The translations under genes and the position numbers were made by a program. From a virus (lineage: Duplodnaviria > Caudoviricetes), in IMG/VR virus record IMGVR_UViG_3300042940_000963, positions 1-37,354 of that record: 37,354 bases of DNA. The stretch is one strand, 5' to 3'. Positions 1 through 9,327 of the stretch are shown here, piece by piece. The notes under the pieces were generated by a model. That model was not told where the DNA came from. It saw only the letters and a list, made by a program, of their open reading frames with translations, and made no database searches. Position 1 is the first letter of the stretch, and every line of letters starts with the position of its first letter.

Positions 1-819
1 GGCTTCACCCTTCGCGCCAGCGCCACGCGGCTCACTGGTGGCGTCGTCTCCGTCACCGACACCACCGCCAGCACGTCCACGACGACCGGAGCACTTGTCG
101 TTGGCTCCAACGTGGGCTTATCGGGGAACTCGGGCGGCGCGAATTGGTTTGGCGGCGAGCGGCTCATTTCGCAGATGAACCAAAACGCGCCTACTCGACT
201 TCAGGTGCGGAACGATACGAGCGGGACGGCTGCACAAGCTCAAGTTTCCGCAACGCTTGGCGACTTTACGACATATACGGCAATGGGTTCACTTTCTGCC
301 GGATTTACCACGTCGGGGCTATTTGCCGCAAACGCGGGCTACATTGCCAGCAATGCGACGGCAGGGCTAAACGTCTTCACGGTGGGCGCAACGTCGCTGA
401 CTCTTGGCACCAACGGCACAGCGGCACTCACCCTCGCCTCCAACGGCGCGGCGACGTTCTCAAACTCTGTCCGCTCCACCTCCGCCACCGCAGGCATCGG
501 CTACGCGACCGGCGCGGGCGGCGCAGTCACGCAGATCACGAGCCGCACCACGGGCGTCACGCTCAACACCGTTTCGGGCGCGATCACGCTTTTCACCGCC
601 GCAGGCAGCGCGACGTGGCAATCCTTCACCGTCACCAATTCCGCCGTGGCCGCGACGGACACGATCATCGTCAACCAGCGCAGCGGGACCGACCTTTACA
701 TGATGTCCGTTACCGCCGTGGGCGCGGGTTCCTTCCGCATCAGCTTTGCCACTACGGGCGGCACGACCTCGGAAGCCCCCGTGCTCAACTTCTCCGTTAT
801 CAAAGCTGTCTCCGCCTAA
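1..819 (+). CDS. C-terminal part of long fibre protein (5'-truncated; continues the 35102..end ORF)
   Basis: Frame 1 is open from base 1 ([32 protein letters not shown]...) to TAA at 819. It is Thr/Gly/Ala-rich, and bases 1-77 are identical to 36830-36906 in the same reading frame. Confidence 0.8.
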   Translation, partial: GFTLRASATRLTGGVVSVTDTTASTSTTTGALVVGSNVGLSGNSGGANWFGGERLISQMNQNAPTRLQVRNDTSGTAAQAQVSATLGDFTTYTAMGSLSAGFTTSGLFAANAGYIASNATAGLNVFTVGATSLTLGTNGTAALTLASNGAATFSNSVRSTSATAGIGYATGAGGAVTQITSRTTGVTLNTVSGAITLFTAAGSATWQSFTVTNSAVAATDTIIVNQRSGTDLYMMSVTAVGAGSFRISFATTGGTTSEAPVLNFSVIKAVSA

Positions 820-831
820 TTTTTTCCTACC

Positions 832-1083
832 ATGAATGACCCAATCGTCACCACCACGCTACAACGCATCCAGACTGACCCGCAGGGCGAGTCTCCTATC
901 GCCACTGCTTTTTTCGAGAAGAAAACCGTTATCGACGGGCAGGTGTTCGTGTCGCCTTGGACAACGGTTCAATGGCCGCTCCTAAGCGACAAAACCGTCA
1001 CCGTCGGCGGCAAGACTTACAGCTACGCCGAAGTCTCGGCTGCGGTTACGGCCATCGCGCATCAGGAACTCGCCGCTTCCTAA
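832..1083 (+). CDS. hypothetical protein, possible fibre assembly chaperone
   Basis: 83-aa ORF immediately after the fibre gene; function inferred from position only. Confidence 0.6.
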   Translation: MNDPIVTTTLQRIQTDPQGESPIATAFFEKKTVIDGQVFVSPWTTVQWPLLSDKTVTVGGKTYSYAEVSAAVTAIAHQELAAS

Positions 1084-1084
1084 C

Positions 1085-1231
1085 ATGAGCACTGAGCAAG
1101 CACTCCAAAACCTATACGCAGCCGCTCGCCTTGCACCATTACCCGCCGATCAGCACGATTTGCTACGCAAGTGCGCGGAGCAGCTTGCCGAGGCTTTAAA
1201 TCCAAAGGAAATGGTCGATAAACCCAAATGA
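1085..1231 (+). CDS. hypothetical 48-aa helical protein (MSTEQALQNLYAAARLAPLP...)
   Basis: Translated by hand. Fills the gap exactly and has an ATGA overlap with the next gene. Confidence 0.6.
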   Translation: MSTEQALQNLYAAARLAPLPADQHDLLRKCAEQLAEALNPKEMVDKPK

Positions 1232-1758
1232 GCGGGACGGCAGACGTTAATTGGCGCAGCTACGTTGGGCCGAATGACAACGGGCTGACGGTGAACGCGG
1301 CTGAATGGCAGGCACCGCTTGACCCCGAGAACTGGGACGACTTGGTGAAGTGTTCGAACTGCACCGGGCTTGTCATCAGCGGGCTGACGATTCCAGCCAG
1401 CCGCGAGGACTCGATTGATTGCGTGCGCGGCTCTAATTACACGGTGCAGAACTGCACGGTTCACGGCTCGGTTACGATCAAGGGCGCGATCAACGGTCTG
1501 ACGCTTTACGGCTCCGTCGTGAGCGGCACGATTGAGCTGGGGCAGTATGACAACTATTGGGAGCCGGGCCGCGCTCCGACGCAGAACGTTTCAATACTCG
1601 ACTGCACCTCGCCGGACGGCTCGCCGATTCGCGTCAAAGTCTGGGACGCCGAAGTGCCGTTCGTCCGAAATGCGAACGTGAAAATAACCAAAGTGCCGAA
1701 ATGGATTTGGTTCCCGTATTTTCTTTTCCGCCGTTTGACGAACGACTTGAGGGTGTAA
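1228..1758 (+). CDS. small parallel beta-helix-like protein
   Basis: Rung-like segments (EDSIDCVRGSNYTVQNCTV, VTIKGAINGLTLYGSVV) resemble pectate-lyase-like beta-helices. Aromatic/basic C-terminus. Confidence 0.55.
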   Translation: MSGTADVNWRSYVGPNDNGLTVNAAEWQAPLDPENWDDLVKCSNCTGLVISGLTIPASREDSIDCVRGSNYTVQNCTVHGSVTIKGAINGLTLYGSVVSGTIELGQYDNYWEPGRAPTQNVSILDCTSPDGSPIRVKVWDAEVPFVRNANVKITKVPKWIWFPYFLFRRLTNDLRV

Positions 1759-1760
1759 CC

Positions 1761-2168
1761 ATGTTTCCTCTCGCTGAAATTCTAGGCATCGGAACGAAGC
1801 TGATCGACAAGCTCATTCCTGACCCCGAAGCAAAGGCCAAGGCGCAGCTAGAACTGGCGACGATGGCGCAGAACGGCGAGCTGGCGAAGATGAACGCCGA
1901 TCTTGAGGCATACAAGACTGAGCAGAGCAACCTGACCGAGCGGCTCAAAGCGGACATGTCATCGGACTCGTGGATGTCCAAGAACGTGCGACCGCTAACG
2001 CTCGCGGCGATCCTCGTCGGATATTTCACTTTCGCGATGATGTCAGCCTTCGGGCACAACGCCAACGAGTCGTATGTCGCACTGCTCGGGCAGTGGGGCA
2101 TGCTCATCATGAGCTTTTACTTTGGCGGCAGGACGCTCGAAAAAATCATGGAGATGCGGAAAAAATGA
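1761..2168 (+). CDS. holin (GTA holin 3TM-like)
   Basis: MFPLAEILGIGTKLIDKLIPDPEAKAKAQLEL...DSWMSKNVRP...FYFGGRTLEK is the typical pattern. Start reassigned to ATG 1761. Confidence 0.8.
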   Translation: MFPLAEILGIGTKLIDKLIPDPEAKAKAQLELATMAQNGELAKMNADLEAYKTEQSNLTERLKADMSSDSWMSKNVRPLTLAAILVGYFTFAMMSAFGHNANESYVALLGQWGMLIMSFYFGGRTLEKIMEMRKK

Positions 2169-2326
2169 ACCCCACGCACGTCAAAGACCTCGCCACCGCT
2201 TCGACTCCCGTCGTCGCCTTTACCTCACTTTCGCAGGTCAACGACGTGGCGGCGCTCATCGGGACGTTGCTGGGCATCGCGTTTTTGCTTTGGCGCTGGA
2301 AGCGCGAGGCAAGCAAGGAGCCGTGA
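2165..2326 (+). CDS. small membrane protein (lysis-associated?)
   Basis: 53 aa with a hydrophobic helix VAALIGTLLGIAFLLW and a basic tail; ATGA overlap with the holin. Confidence 0.6.
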   Translation: MNPTHVKDLATASTPVVAFTSLSQVNDVAALIGTLLGIAFLLWRWKREASKEP

Positions 2327-2348
2327 TTTGACGGCCATCGCTTAGGCG

Positions 2349-3290
2349 ATGGAACCCGTCATTACATTTGCAGCGTCCGCAGGCGTCATTGACGCACAAG
2401 CCGGCATCATTCGCGGCGTCTCGCTGATCACCAAAGGGCCGGCGCTCGGGCACGGCGTGATGATTGACGACCTGACTTTGGAGCAGGTCAAAACCGCCGC
2501 CGAGCAATACGCGGGCGGGCTCAAGGTCAAACTCGACCACTCGGGCGGCGCTGGCGATATTGTGGGCTATATCGACGCGCTGAGAATCAGCGGCGAAAAG
2601 CTGCTCGGGGATTTGCACTTGCTGCAAAATTCGCCGCATCGCGCTTATATCTTGGAGATCGCCGAACGGATTCCAGACACGTTCGGGCTCTCAATCGCGT
2701 TCTCGGGTCCGTCCGAAAAGAGCGCGGACAAGCTCACGACTTTGCAACGGTGCTCGGAAATTTACTCGGTCGATCTCGTCAGCGAACCCGCTGCGAACCC
2801 GAACGGATTTTTTGCGCGCAAACTCAAACAATTTGAGAGCGACGCCAGCGAGTCGCCGGAAGCAGAAATCAAAATCGAAATTCCTATGAACGACGAAATG
2901 AAAAAGGCCATCGAAGGCATGATTCAGTCTGCCATGATGGGCATGACGGAAAAAGTCGCGAAGCTCGAAAGTGCTCTCGCTCCCAAAGAAGAAAAACCCG
3001 CCGCGATGAGCGCACAGAACGAAGTCGTGCAGCTCGCCGCCAACGCCGCCGCACTCGCAGCGGTCAAAGAATTTGCCAAGTCCTTTGGTGCGCCAGCCGC
3101 TCCGATTGCCTCGGCCGAAGCAGTCAAACCGGTCGCAAAGGTCGAGAAGTTTGAGGATGTCGTCGCCGCAAAAGCCGTTGAGCTAAAGGGCGACAAATCT
3201 TCGGCGATCACCTTCGCGATCAAAAATCATGCCGAACTCTACGCTGCCTATCGCGCACGCGTTCAAGCCGGCGAACTCGTCAAACTCTAA
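2349..3290 (+). CDS. prohead protease fused to scaffold
   Basis: GVSLITKGPALGH, KLDH, FGLSI and SVDLVSEPAANPNGFF protease-like motifs; Ala/Lys-rich helical C-terminal half; lies before the capsid genes. Confidence 0.8.
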   Translation: MEPVITFAASAGVIDAQAGIIRGVSLITKGPALGHGVMIDDLTLEQVKTAAEQYAGGLKVKLDHSGGAGDIVGYIDALRISGEKLLGDLHLLQNSPHRAYILEIAERIPDTFGLSIAFSGPSEKSADKLTTLQRCSEIYSVDLVSEPAANPNGFFARKLKQFESDASESPEAEIKIEIPMNDEMKKAIEGMIQSAMMGMTEKVAKLESALAPKEEKPAAMSAQNEVVQLAANAAALAAVKEFAKSFGAPAAPIASAEAVKPVAKVEKFEDVVAAKAVELKGDKSSAITFAIKNHAELYAAYRARVQAGELVKL

Positions 3291-3302
3291 TCCAAAACTA
3301 AA

Positions 3303-3653
3303 ATGGCCACTTCATTCAATCACACCGGCACTTTCTTGGCGAACTCGGCTATCACCGCGTTTCGTCTCGTGTCGATTTCCAACAACCGAGGCGTCGGTCT
3401 TGCAGCCACGGCTTCTCTGCCCGACGGCGTTGCAACGGTTGACGCCGCTTCCGGCGATCAAATCACCGTCGAATTCCTCGGCGGCACGACCATCAAAGCA
3501 ACCTTGCTCGCCGGTCCAGTGACCGTGGGGGATACTCTCTTCTCAAATGCCAACGGGAGCGTTTCCATTACAGGCACGATCACGGTCGGCAAATCTCTCA
3601 CCACCGCTTCGGACGCATCTACGATCATCGAGATGCTTCCCAAGAACATCTAA
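3303..3653 (+). CDS. capsid decoration/cement protein (DUF2190-like)
   Basis: 116 aa, small-residue beta-rich (AITAFRLV, GPVTVGDTL...ANG, VGKSLTTA); lies between scaffold and MCP. Confidence 0.7.
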   Translation: MATSFNHTGTFLANSAITAFRLVSISNNRGVGLAATASLPDGVATVDAASGDQITVEFLGGTTIKATLLAGPVTVGDTLFSNANGSVSITGTITVGKSLTTASDASTIIEMLPKNI

Positions 3654-3672
3654 CCATTAAGAACTAATTACC

Positions 3673-4638
3673 ATGTATTCAAATTCCGCAGCCATTTTCC
3701 GTGGCGACATCGCTGGCGTAGTTGAGCAGGCAAAAGACTGGGAGGCCGGTCTGATCGGCACCTCCGTCATGCCGATTCTCGACGTGCCAGTCCGCGCCGG
3801 CCAATACCCATCGTTCGTTCTCAAAGAGGGCCAACTCCTCAAGAGCGACATCAAGAACCGCGCTCCATACAGCGATTACGCTCGTGGCACCCGCGCGTTC
3901 ACTCAAGACACCTACACCGCTCTGGAATACGGCTACGAGGAGGCGGTTGACGATACCGTCACCCTCGACGTTGCCCGCTTCTTCGACGCCGAGGTGATGG
4001 CCGCCAAGCTCGCCAAGCGCAAACTCTTGCTCGCGCACGAGCTTCGCGTCGCCGCAAAAATCTTCGACAACGCCGCGTTCACCTCGACCAACTCCGGCAC
4101 CGCCTACACCGTCGCCAATTTGGCCACGTTCGACGTTGGTCAAGACGTGCAGGAAGCTCTCGACCGGATGCTTGCGCGTGGCGAGTCCACGACCAACACC
4201 CGCGTCGTCATCCCATACCCAGTATGGACCCGCGTCCGCGCTTCCACGAAATTCCAAAACCGTTTGCGCGGCACCGGTCTTTCGTCCGACACGATCTTGA
4301 ACGCCAGCACCCAAGCAGCCGCCGAAGTGTTCGGCGTCGCCGAGGTTCTGATCGGTCGCGCCTCCTACGACAGCGCACCCGAGGGCATCGCCTTCTCCGC
4401 CGCAAACGTCTGGGCCAACACCTACATTTGGGTCGGCTCGGTCACGCAGGCAGGAGCCGGCTATTTTGGAGGGGGAGCAGGCTTCACCTTGAGCTGGGCG
4501 GAGTACGGACCGGCAATCGGCGTCTCGACCTACCGCGAAGAGAAGATCAAGTCGAACATCGTTCGCGCCTCGCAATACACCGCCGAGAAGATCGTGAACT
4601 CGAACGCTGGTCAGCTTATCGCGACCCAGTATGCCTGA
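3673..4638 (+). CDS. major capsid protein (lambda gpE-like HK97 fold)
   Basis: 321 aa with strong codon bias, IGTSVMPILDV...RAP...LAHELRVA pattern, followed by a terminator. Confidence 0.85.
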   Translation: MYSNSAAIFRGDIAGVVEQAKDWEAGLIGTSVMPILDVPVRAGQYPSFVLKEGQLLKSDIKNRAPYSDYARGTRAFTQDTYTALEYGYEEAVDDTVTLDVARFFDAEVMAAKLAKRKLLLAHELRVAAKIFDNAAFTSTNSGTAYTVANLATFDVGQDVQEALDRMLARGESTTNTRVVIPYPVWTRVRASTKFQNRLRGTGLSSDTILNASTQAAAEVFGVAEVLIGRASYDSAPEGIAFSAANVWANTYIWVGSVTQAGAGYFGGGAGFTLSWAEYGPAIGVSTYREEKIKSNIVRASQYTAEKIVNSNAGQLIATQYA

Positions 4639-4660
4639 TCTTAACTAGGTTTGGAAAAAC

Positions 4661-4695
4661 AGCCTCACGCTTCACGGCGTGGGGCTTTTTGTTTT
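4661..4695 (+). terminator. intrinsic terminator after MCP
   Basis: AGCCTCACGC-TTCACG-GCGTGGGGCT followed by TTTTGTTTT. Confidence 0.85.
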
Positions 4696-4743
4696 GACCG
4701 GTCCGAGCGATCAGCAAGACCTGACGCACACAACACAACGATT

Positions 4744-6132
4744 ATGATACTTTCGCTTTGCGTAATTACCGGAAACGAGGCGGCACAAATCGGCGCGATG
4801 CTCGACAGCTTCGACGGCGTGATTGACGAGGTTTCACTCGTTCGCGCCATCGGCTCGCAGGAACCGGACGCGACCGAGCAAATCGTCCGCGACTGGTGCG
4901 CGGCGCACTCGGTCGGATTCATCTTCTCGGAATACAAGAACGGCGCGACGGCGCAGGCGTGGAAGCACGTCGATTCGTTTGCCCAAGCACGCAACCAAGC
5001 GTTCGCGCAGGCGTGCGGCGACTGGCTTATCTGGGCCGACTGCGACGACGTGATTGCGGACGCCGAAAAGCTAAGGGACCGGCTCGCGGAGCTATCCGAC
5101 GACGTGCTTATGGTCCGTTGTCCTTACGACGTGCGCGGAACGGGCAAGAAGCTCCACCGCGAACGCATCGTTCGGCGTAGCGCATTTGCAAGCGGGCGCA
5201 TCTGGCACCACGACGTGCACGAAAACTTGCTCCTGCTTCCGAACGACCGGCATTTTGACTGGGCGACGCCGGTTTGGCATCATCAGCCGATTGCGATCAA
5301 GCAGGACAACCGCAAGCGCAACCTCGCGATTCTCGGGCGCAGCGTGGCGGAGTCCGCCACCCAATACTTTTACATTCACCAAGAGCACTACTGCGCCGGC
5401 AACAAGGCCGCAGCCGAGCAGTTCGGACGCATCGCGCTGAGCTTCCCAAACCTCGACGATTCGTTCCGCTACGAGGTCGGGCTCAACCTTGCGCGGCTTG
5501 TCGCTTCTCGGCGCGAGGCGATGCAGTTCGCGATGTCGGCGCACGGTGTTTTCCCTTGGTGCCGCGAGGCAATCGCGTCGGTCATCCTCTTGGCGTTCGA
5601 GCGCAACGACGGCAAGCGGGCGAGCTTTTGGGCGTCGCGGATGCTGAGCCTTCCCGAGCCTACCGAGAAAGACCGACCGTGGACCCATGAGGTCAAATGG
5701 TATGGCTGGGCCGGGCACGACCTCGCGGCGCGGGCCTACCGCCTCGCCGGCCAACTGGACGACGCGGCGGCGTTGCAGCTCGTGTTTCACAAGCACACGG
5801 CACCGCGGATCCGGCTGACGCAAAAGACACTCGGCAACTCGACCAAATCGGTCGCCTTCCGCGACGCTTGGCTTTCGACAGCGGCGCAGCCGGAGCGCAT
5901 CGAACACCGCTTCCTCGTGCGTGCCGACGACGCCGAGACGATGGGAATGGCGAAGCAGTTCCTGCACGACGTGGGCGAGCCGAGAGACGCAGCCGAGCCG
6001 GGCACGATTTGCGTCGTGGCCGAGGACGGAATGGTGCCGCCTCACAACTGGGATGAGCGCGTGCTTGCAAGCGGCTGCACGCTGATCGACTCGGAGAACA
6101 TCGAACAAATTCTGGGAGCGAAAAAAGCATGA
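4744..6132 (+). CDS. GT2-family glycosyltransferase with TPR-like helical region
   Basis: LSLCVITGNE start, FAQARNQAF, DWLIWADCDD (DxD), RERI and VHE motifs as in GT2-TPR protein glycosyltransferases. Start placed at ATG 4744. Confidence 0.85.
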   Translation: MILSLCVITGNEAAQIGAMLDSFDGVIDEVSLVRAIGSQEPDATEQIVRDWCAAHSVGFIFSEYKNGATAQAWKHVDSFAQARNQAFAQACGDWLIWADCDDVIADAEKLRDRLAELSDDVLMVRCPYDVRGTGKKLHRERIVRRSAFASGRIWHHDVHENLLLLPNDRHFDWATPVWHHQPIAIKQDNRKRNLAILGRSVAESATQYFYIHQEHYCAGNKAAAEQFGRIALSFPNLDDSFRYEVGLNLARLVASRREAMQFAMSAHGVFPWCREAIASVILLAFERNDGKRASFWASRMLSLPEPTEKDRPWTHEVKWYGWAGHDLAARAYRLAGQLDDAAALQLVFHKHTAPRIRLTQKTLGNSTKSVAFRDAWLSTAAQPERIEHRFLVRADDAETMGMAKQFLHDVGEPRDAAEPGTICVVAEDGMVPPHNWDERVLASGCTLIDSENIEQILGAKKA

Positions 6133-6767
6133 TTCCCGAGCCGGCAATCGTCGTCTGCACGACCAACGCGCGATGTCTCGACGTGCTCAAGGCGTCGGTC
6201 AAAGCCTACGTGCCGCGCAACATTCGCACCTACTATTTCCACGGCGTCGGGGCGACGTTCGGCGAGGCTTACAACCACGCGGCGGGGATTGCGTTCAAGG
6301 AGCATGACGAGCTGGTTATCTGCAACGACGACATCGTTTTCACGCCGACGACATGGCGCGACCTTTTCGCGGATGTGAAGCTGATCAAAGAACATTGCGA
6401 GAACGTCGGCTACGTCGCAGCGCGGTCGGACTACGCACGAGGGGCGCAGAACATCCGCTGCGGCACCGGGCGCTTGGACTTCCTGCGGTTCGAGTCAGAG
6501 CGCAGCATCATCGAGACGCCGGTCATCGCTCCGATCTGCGCGTGGATTCACCGCGACGCATGGGTGGACTTCCCGCCGATCAACTGGTTCAGCGATGACG
6601 TGCAATGCGCCGACATGAAGCGCCGGCACTTCATCTCACGCGCCTACGTGCATCACGTCGGCTCTCAGACGTGCGGTTACGACGCTGCCAAGTGCAAGGC
6701 CGACGCCGAGCCGTGGCTGCGGGAGAACCGGCCGGCGCTGCACGCGCAGCACTTCGGCACGGTTTGA
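6129..6767 (+). CDS. GT2-like glycosyltransferase
   Basis: FGEAYN, LVICNDDI, WFSDD and YVHHVGSQT motifs. Confidence 0.8.
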   Translation: MIPEPAIVVCTTNARCLDVLKASVKAYVPRNIRTYYFHGVGATFGEAYNHAAGIAFKEHDELVICNDDIVFTPTTWRDLFADVKLIKEHCENVGYVAARSDYARGAQNIRCGTGRLDFLRFESERSIIETPVIAPICAWIHRDAWVDFPPINWFSDDVQCADMKRRHFISRAYVHHVGSQTCGYDAAKCKADAEPWLRENRPALHAQHFGTV

Positions 6768-6783
6768 CGATTCGCGCAATTGT

Positions 6784-7104
6784 ATGGCCGCCGTCCGAGA
6801 CTTCGACCCGACGCAGATCAACTCCGACTTCTCCGCGATATTGGAGCAGGCCGGCATTTCGTTTACGTATCAGGGCGCGGCGGTCACCGGCATCTGGTCA
6901 GCGGCGAGCAATGCGTTTGCCGACTTCGAGGACCAACGCCGCGACGACAGCAAGTTCACGATCTTCCTTTTGACGACAAGCGTCAGCGCCGTTCCGCAGG
7001 TCACGCAGACGCTTTCGCGGGCCGGCATCACCTACTACGTTGAGCGCGTGACGTTGGACGCCGAGGGCGCAGGATGTGAGCTGAGCGTTGCTAAGGTTAT
7101 ATGA
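6784..7104 (+). CDS. head-tail joining (FII-like) protein
   Basis: 106 aa, beta-rich; first gene of the neck block. Confidence 0.6.
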   Translation: MAAVRDFDPTQINSDFSAILEQAGISFTYQGAAVTGIWSAASNAFADFEDQRRDDSKFTIFLLTTSVSAVPQVTQTLSRAGITYYVERVTLDAEGAGCELSVAKVI

Positions 7105-8003
7105 TTTCGATCTTCTCAGACACCAAGAAGCTCGAATATGCGCTGGCGAGACTCGCCGACGCTGCGAAAGTCGATCTTGGTCTGGTCATTAAGCAGGAAG
7201 GCGCTTACGTCGCCCGAACGATTATGCAGATCACGCCTCCGACCGGCGACAAGATCGCAAACGGCGGGCAAATTCCTTTGGTCACGGGCGGTTCAATTAC
7301 CAAAACAAAAGCGGGCGGACTCAGCACGAACGCACGCAAGCAGGGCGAGAACGCAATTCTGGGTGACTTGTTCGGAGGTCGAAAACTAGCGAAAGAAAAA
7401 AGCATCGGTCTTTTTCAGAAGATCGGAAACTCAACGGAAGTTCCGCCACGCGACGGACAGAATGAAACGATGGGCGTGAACCTTGGCTGGGAGGGCTCGA
7501 AGAAAATCCGCATTTATCGCAAGTTCTGGCAACCGGGCGCATCCATCGCGCAGATGCGGGCGTTTCATCACGCGAACAGAAATGCACGCGGGAGGCCGAA
7601 ACAGGTCACGCGCAGCGCAATCGGTCGCTGGCAGGTGCAGGACCAAATGTGGGTCACGAATCAGGCGGCGGATGCCTATCTCAAATACGTTCAAAAAAAG
7701 GTCGGTCTCGGTAAGGCTGGATTTGCTGCGGCTGCAATGGCGTGCGGCGTTCGCGTGCCAGCTTGGATTCGTCGGCACATGGCAAAGGCTGGAACCGCTC
7801 AAGTGCAATTTGGGCAGAATCCTTTCGTGAGCGCACGGACCACCGGCAACAAGATTCCCGACCTACAGCGCGTGGTTGATTCGGCTCTTAAAATTCGCTA
7901 CAAGGTCACGCTCTCGAAATACCGCGCTGTTCTCGCCAACCGCGCCGTCAATCTTGGATTCGCAAAAGTAAAAGGCGGCATGGTCATACCCAAAGAAGCA
8001 TGA
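7101..8003 (+). CDS. neck/tail-completion protein
   Basis: Basic 300-aa protein between the head closure and tail terminator genes; called by synteny. Confidence 0.5.
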   Translation: MISIFSDTKKLEYALARLADAAKVDLGLVIKQEGAYVARTIMQITPPTGDKIANGGQIPLVTGGSITKTKAGGLSTNARKQGENAILGDLFGGRKLAKEKSIGLFQKIGNSTEVPPRDGQNETMGVNLGWEGSKKIRIYRKFWQPGASIAQMRAFHHANRNARGRPKQVTRSAIGRWQVQDQMWVTNQAADAYLKYVQKKVGLGKAGFAAAAMACGVRVPAWIRRHMAKAGTAQVQFGQNPFVSARTTGNKIPDLQRVVDSALKIRYKVTLSKYRAVLANRAVNLGFAKVKGGMVIPKEA

Positions 8004-8431
8004 GCACCCGAACAAACATCCGCAACGCCACCGCCAACGCCTTGACCGGCGCTCTCGTCGTTCCGACCGCGAACATCTTGCGCGGGCGCAACAACACGAT
8101 TGCAAGCGTCAGCTTTCCCTCCGCCGCCGTTTACGCGGTCAGCGAGCAGATCGAGGTCCGCACGCTCGGGCCGAGCAACCGCACGCAATACCGACAGCTC
8201 CAACTCGTCGTGGACTACTTCACCGCCGAAAGCGGCACCTACCTGATTGACGACCTTTTCGACACTGGCAGCGCAGCGGTCGAGGCCGCCGTTCTCGCCG
8301 ACGTTACGCTCGGCGGGCAGTGTCAGGACCTGCATTTGACGAGCGTCGAATATACGATTGAACCAGACGAGGACCGGCGCTTCGGCTCGGCTCGGCACAC
8401 TTTCAACTGCATCTATTTTTCAACCGACTAA
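8000..8431 (+). CDS. tail terminator protein
   Basis: RTNIRNA, FPSAAVY...E, VEAAVLADVTLGG pattern; precedes the tail tube gene. Confidence 0.7.
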   Translation: MSTRTNIRNATANALTGALVVPTANILRGRNNTIASVSFPSAAVYAVSEQIEVRTLGPSNRTQYRQLQLVVDYFTAESGTYLIDDLFDTGSAAVEAAVLADVTLGGQCQDLHLTSVEYTIEPDEDRRFGSARHTFNCIYFSTD

Positions 8432-8440
8432 CCTCATTTT

Positions 8441-8827
8441 ATGGCAACCAAACTTGGCCGCGACGGCCTAATCAAATTATCCAGCACCACCATCGGCGAG
8501 CTTCGCAACTACGCTCTGACCCACACCTCCGACACCGTAGAAGATTCGGTAATCGGCGACACCTACCGCACCCGGCTTGCTTCCATGAAAACTTGGAGCG
8601 CGTCGGGCGATCTTTACTGGGACGAAGGCGACGCCGGTCAGCTTCTGATCACCATCGGCAGCTCGGTCACGCTGAACCTTTATCCAGAAGGCGCGACGAC
8701 CGGCGACGTTTACTATTCCGGCGCCGCCATCGTGACCCAGTTTAATGTGAGCGCCAGCTTTGACGGCATCGTAGAAGGTCAAATTAGTTTCGAGGGAAAT
8801 GGAGTGCTTTCTGTGCTCACGGCTTAA
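8441..8827 (+). CDS. major tail tube protein
   Basis: IGELRNY, KTWSASGDLYWD, YSGAAIVT and ISFEGNG motifs. Confidence 0.8.
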   Translation: MATKLGRDGLIKLSSTTIGELRNYALTHTSDTVEDSVIGDTYRTRLASMKTWSASGDLYWDEGDAGQLLITIGSSVTLNLYPEGATTGDVYYSGAAIVTQFNVSASFDGIVEGQISFEGNGVLSVLTA

Positions 8828-8853
8828 TTTAGCAGGCAAAACACACCACACAC

Positions 8854-9177
8854 ATGGACGCAATTGACCTCGTCAGAGAACACTTCGCCTCACTCGGCAC
8901 GCGCAAAATCGACGTGCCGGAGTGGAAGCTCGTCGTGCACGCAACGCCGGTCACGCTCTCGGAAAAAAACCGGCTCTATCGTCGCAGCAAAGAGAACGAC
9001 ATGGAGCTGCTCGTAGACATCCTCATCATGAAAGCCACCGACGAGCACGGCGCGAAACTGTTTACGATTGAGCACAAGCCCACGCTGTTGAACAAGGCAG
9101 ACAGCAACGTCGTGGGCCGCGTCGCAAACGCCATTCTCGCGGACGACAGTCCGAAGGTGGACGACCTAAAAAACTGA
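8854..9177 (+). CDS. tail assembly chaperone (gpG-like)
   Basis: Lies between the tube and tape measure genes; ends at slippery A AAA AAC TGA. Confidence 0.8.
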   Translation: MDAIDLVREHFASLGTRKIDVPEWKLVVHATPVTLSEKNRLYRRSKENDMELLVDILIMKATDEHGAKLFTIEHKPTLLNKADSNVVGRVANAILADDSPKVDDLKN

Positions 9178-9326
9178 TCTACGGCGGGGAGGCGGCAGAC
9201 CTCCTCGCCGTTTACGCGCTCGCGGACCGTCTGCACAAATTTGCCCACGAAGTTCTCGCGATGCCAGCCGAGGAACTGAACGGCTGGCTGGCTTACATCG
9301 AACACCAAAACCGAATCTCCAAATAA
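9171..9326 (+). CDS. -1 frameshift extension of the tail chaperone (gpGT-like)
   Basis: The -1 frame reads KLIYGGEAADLLAVYALADRLHKFAHEVLAMPAEELNGWLAYIEHQNRISK* and stops just before the tape measure start. Confidence 0.8.
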   Translation, partial: KLIYGGEAADLLAVYALADRLHKFAHEVLAMPAEELNGWLAYIEHQNRISK

Positions 9327-9327
9327 C

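Noticed and set aside
1-77. Direct terminal repeat or DGR template/variable repeat
   Set aside because: The second copy is internal, 448 bp from the end. The copies are identical rather than differing at adenines, and no reverse transcriptase is present.
3679-4575. Long minus-strand ORFs (also 5092..6147, 12482..13141, 29183..29965 and others)
   Set aside because: They are antisense shadows of GC-rich, codon-biased + strand genes and show no recognisable motifs.
4651-4743. Upstream starts in the ORF track (4651, 1557, 12296, 22566, 17186, 15811)
   Set aside because: They run through terminators or neighbouring genes; downstream ATGs match the expected family N-termini or gene packing.
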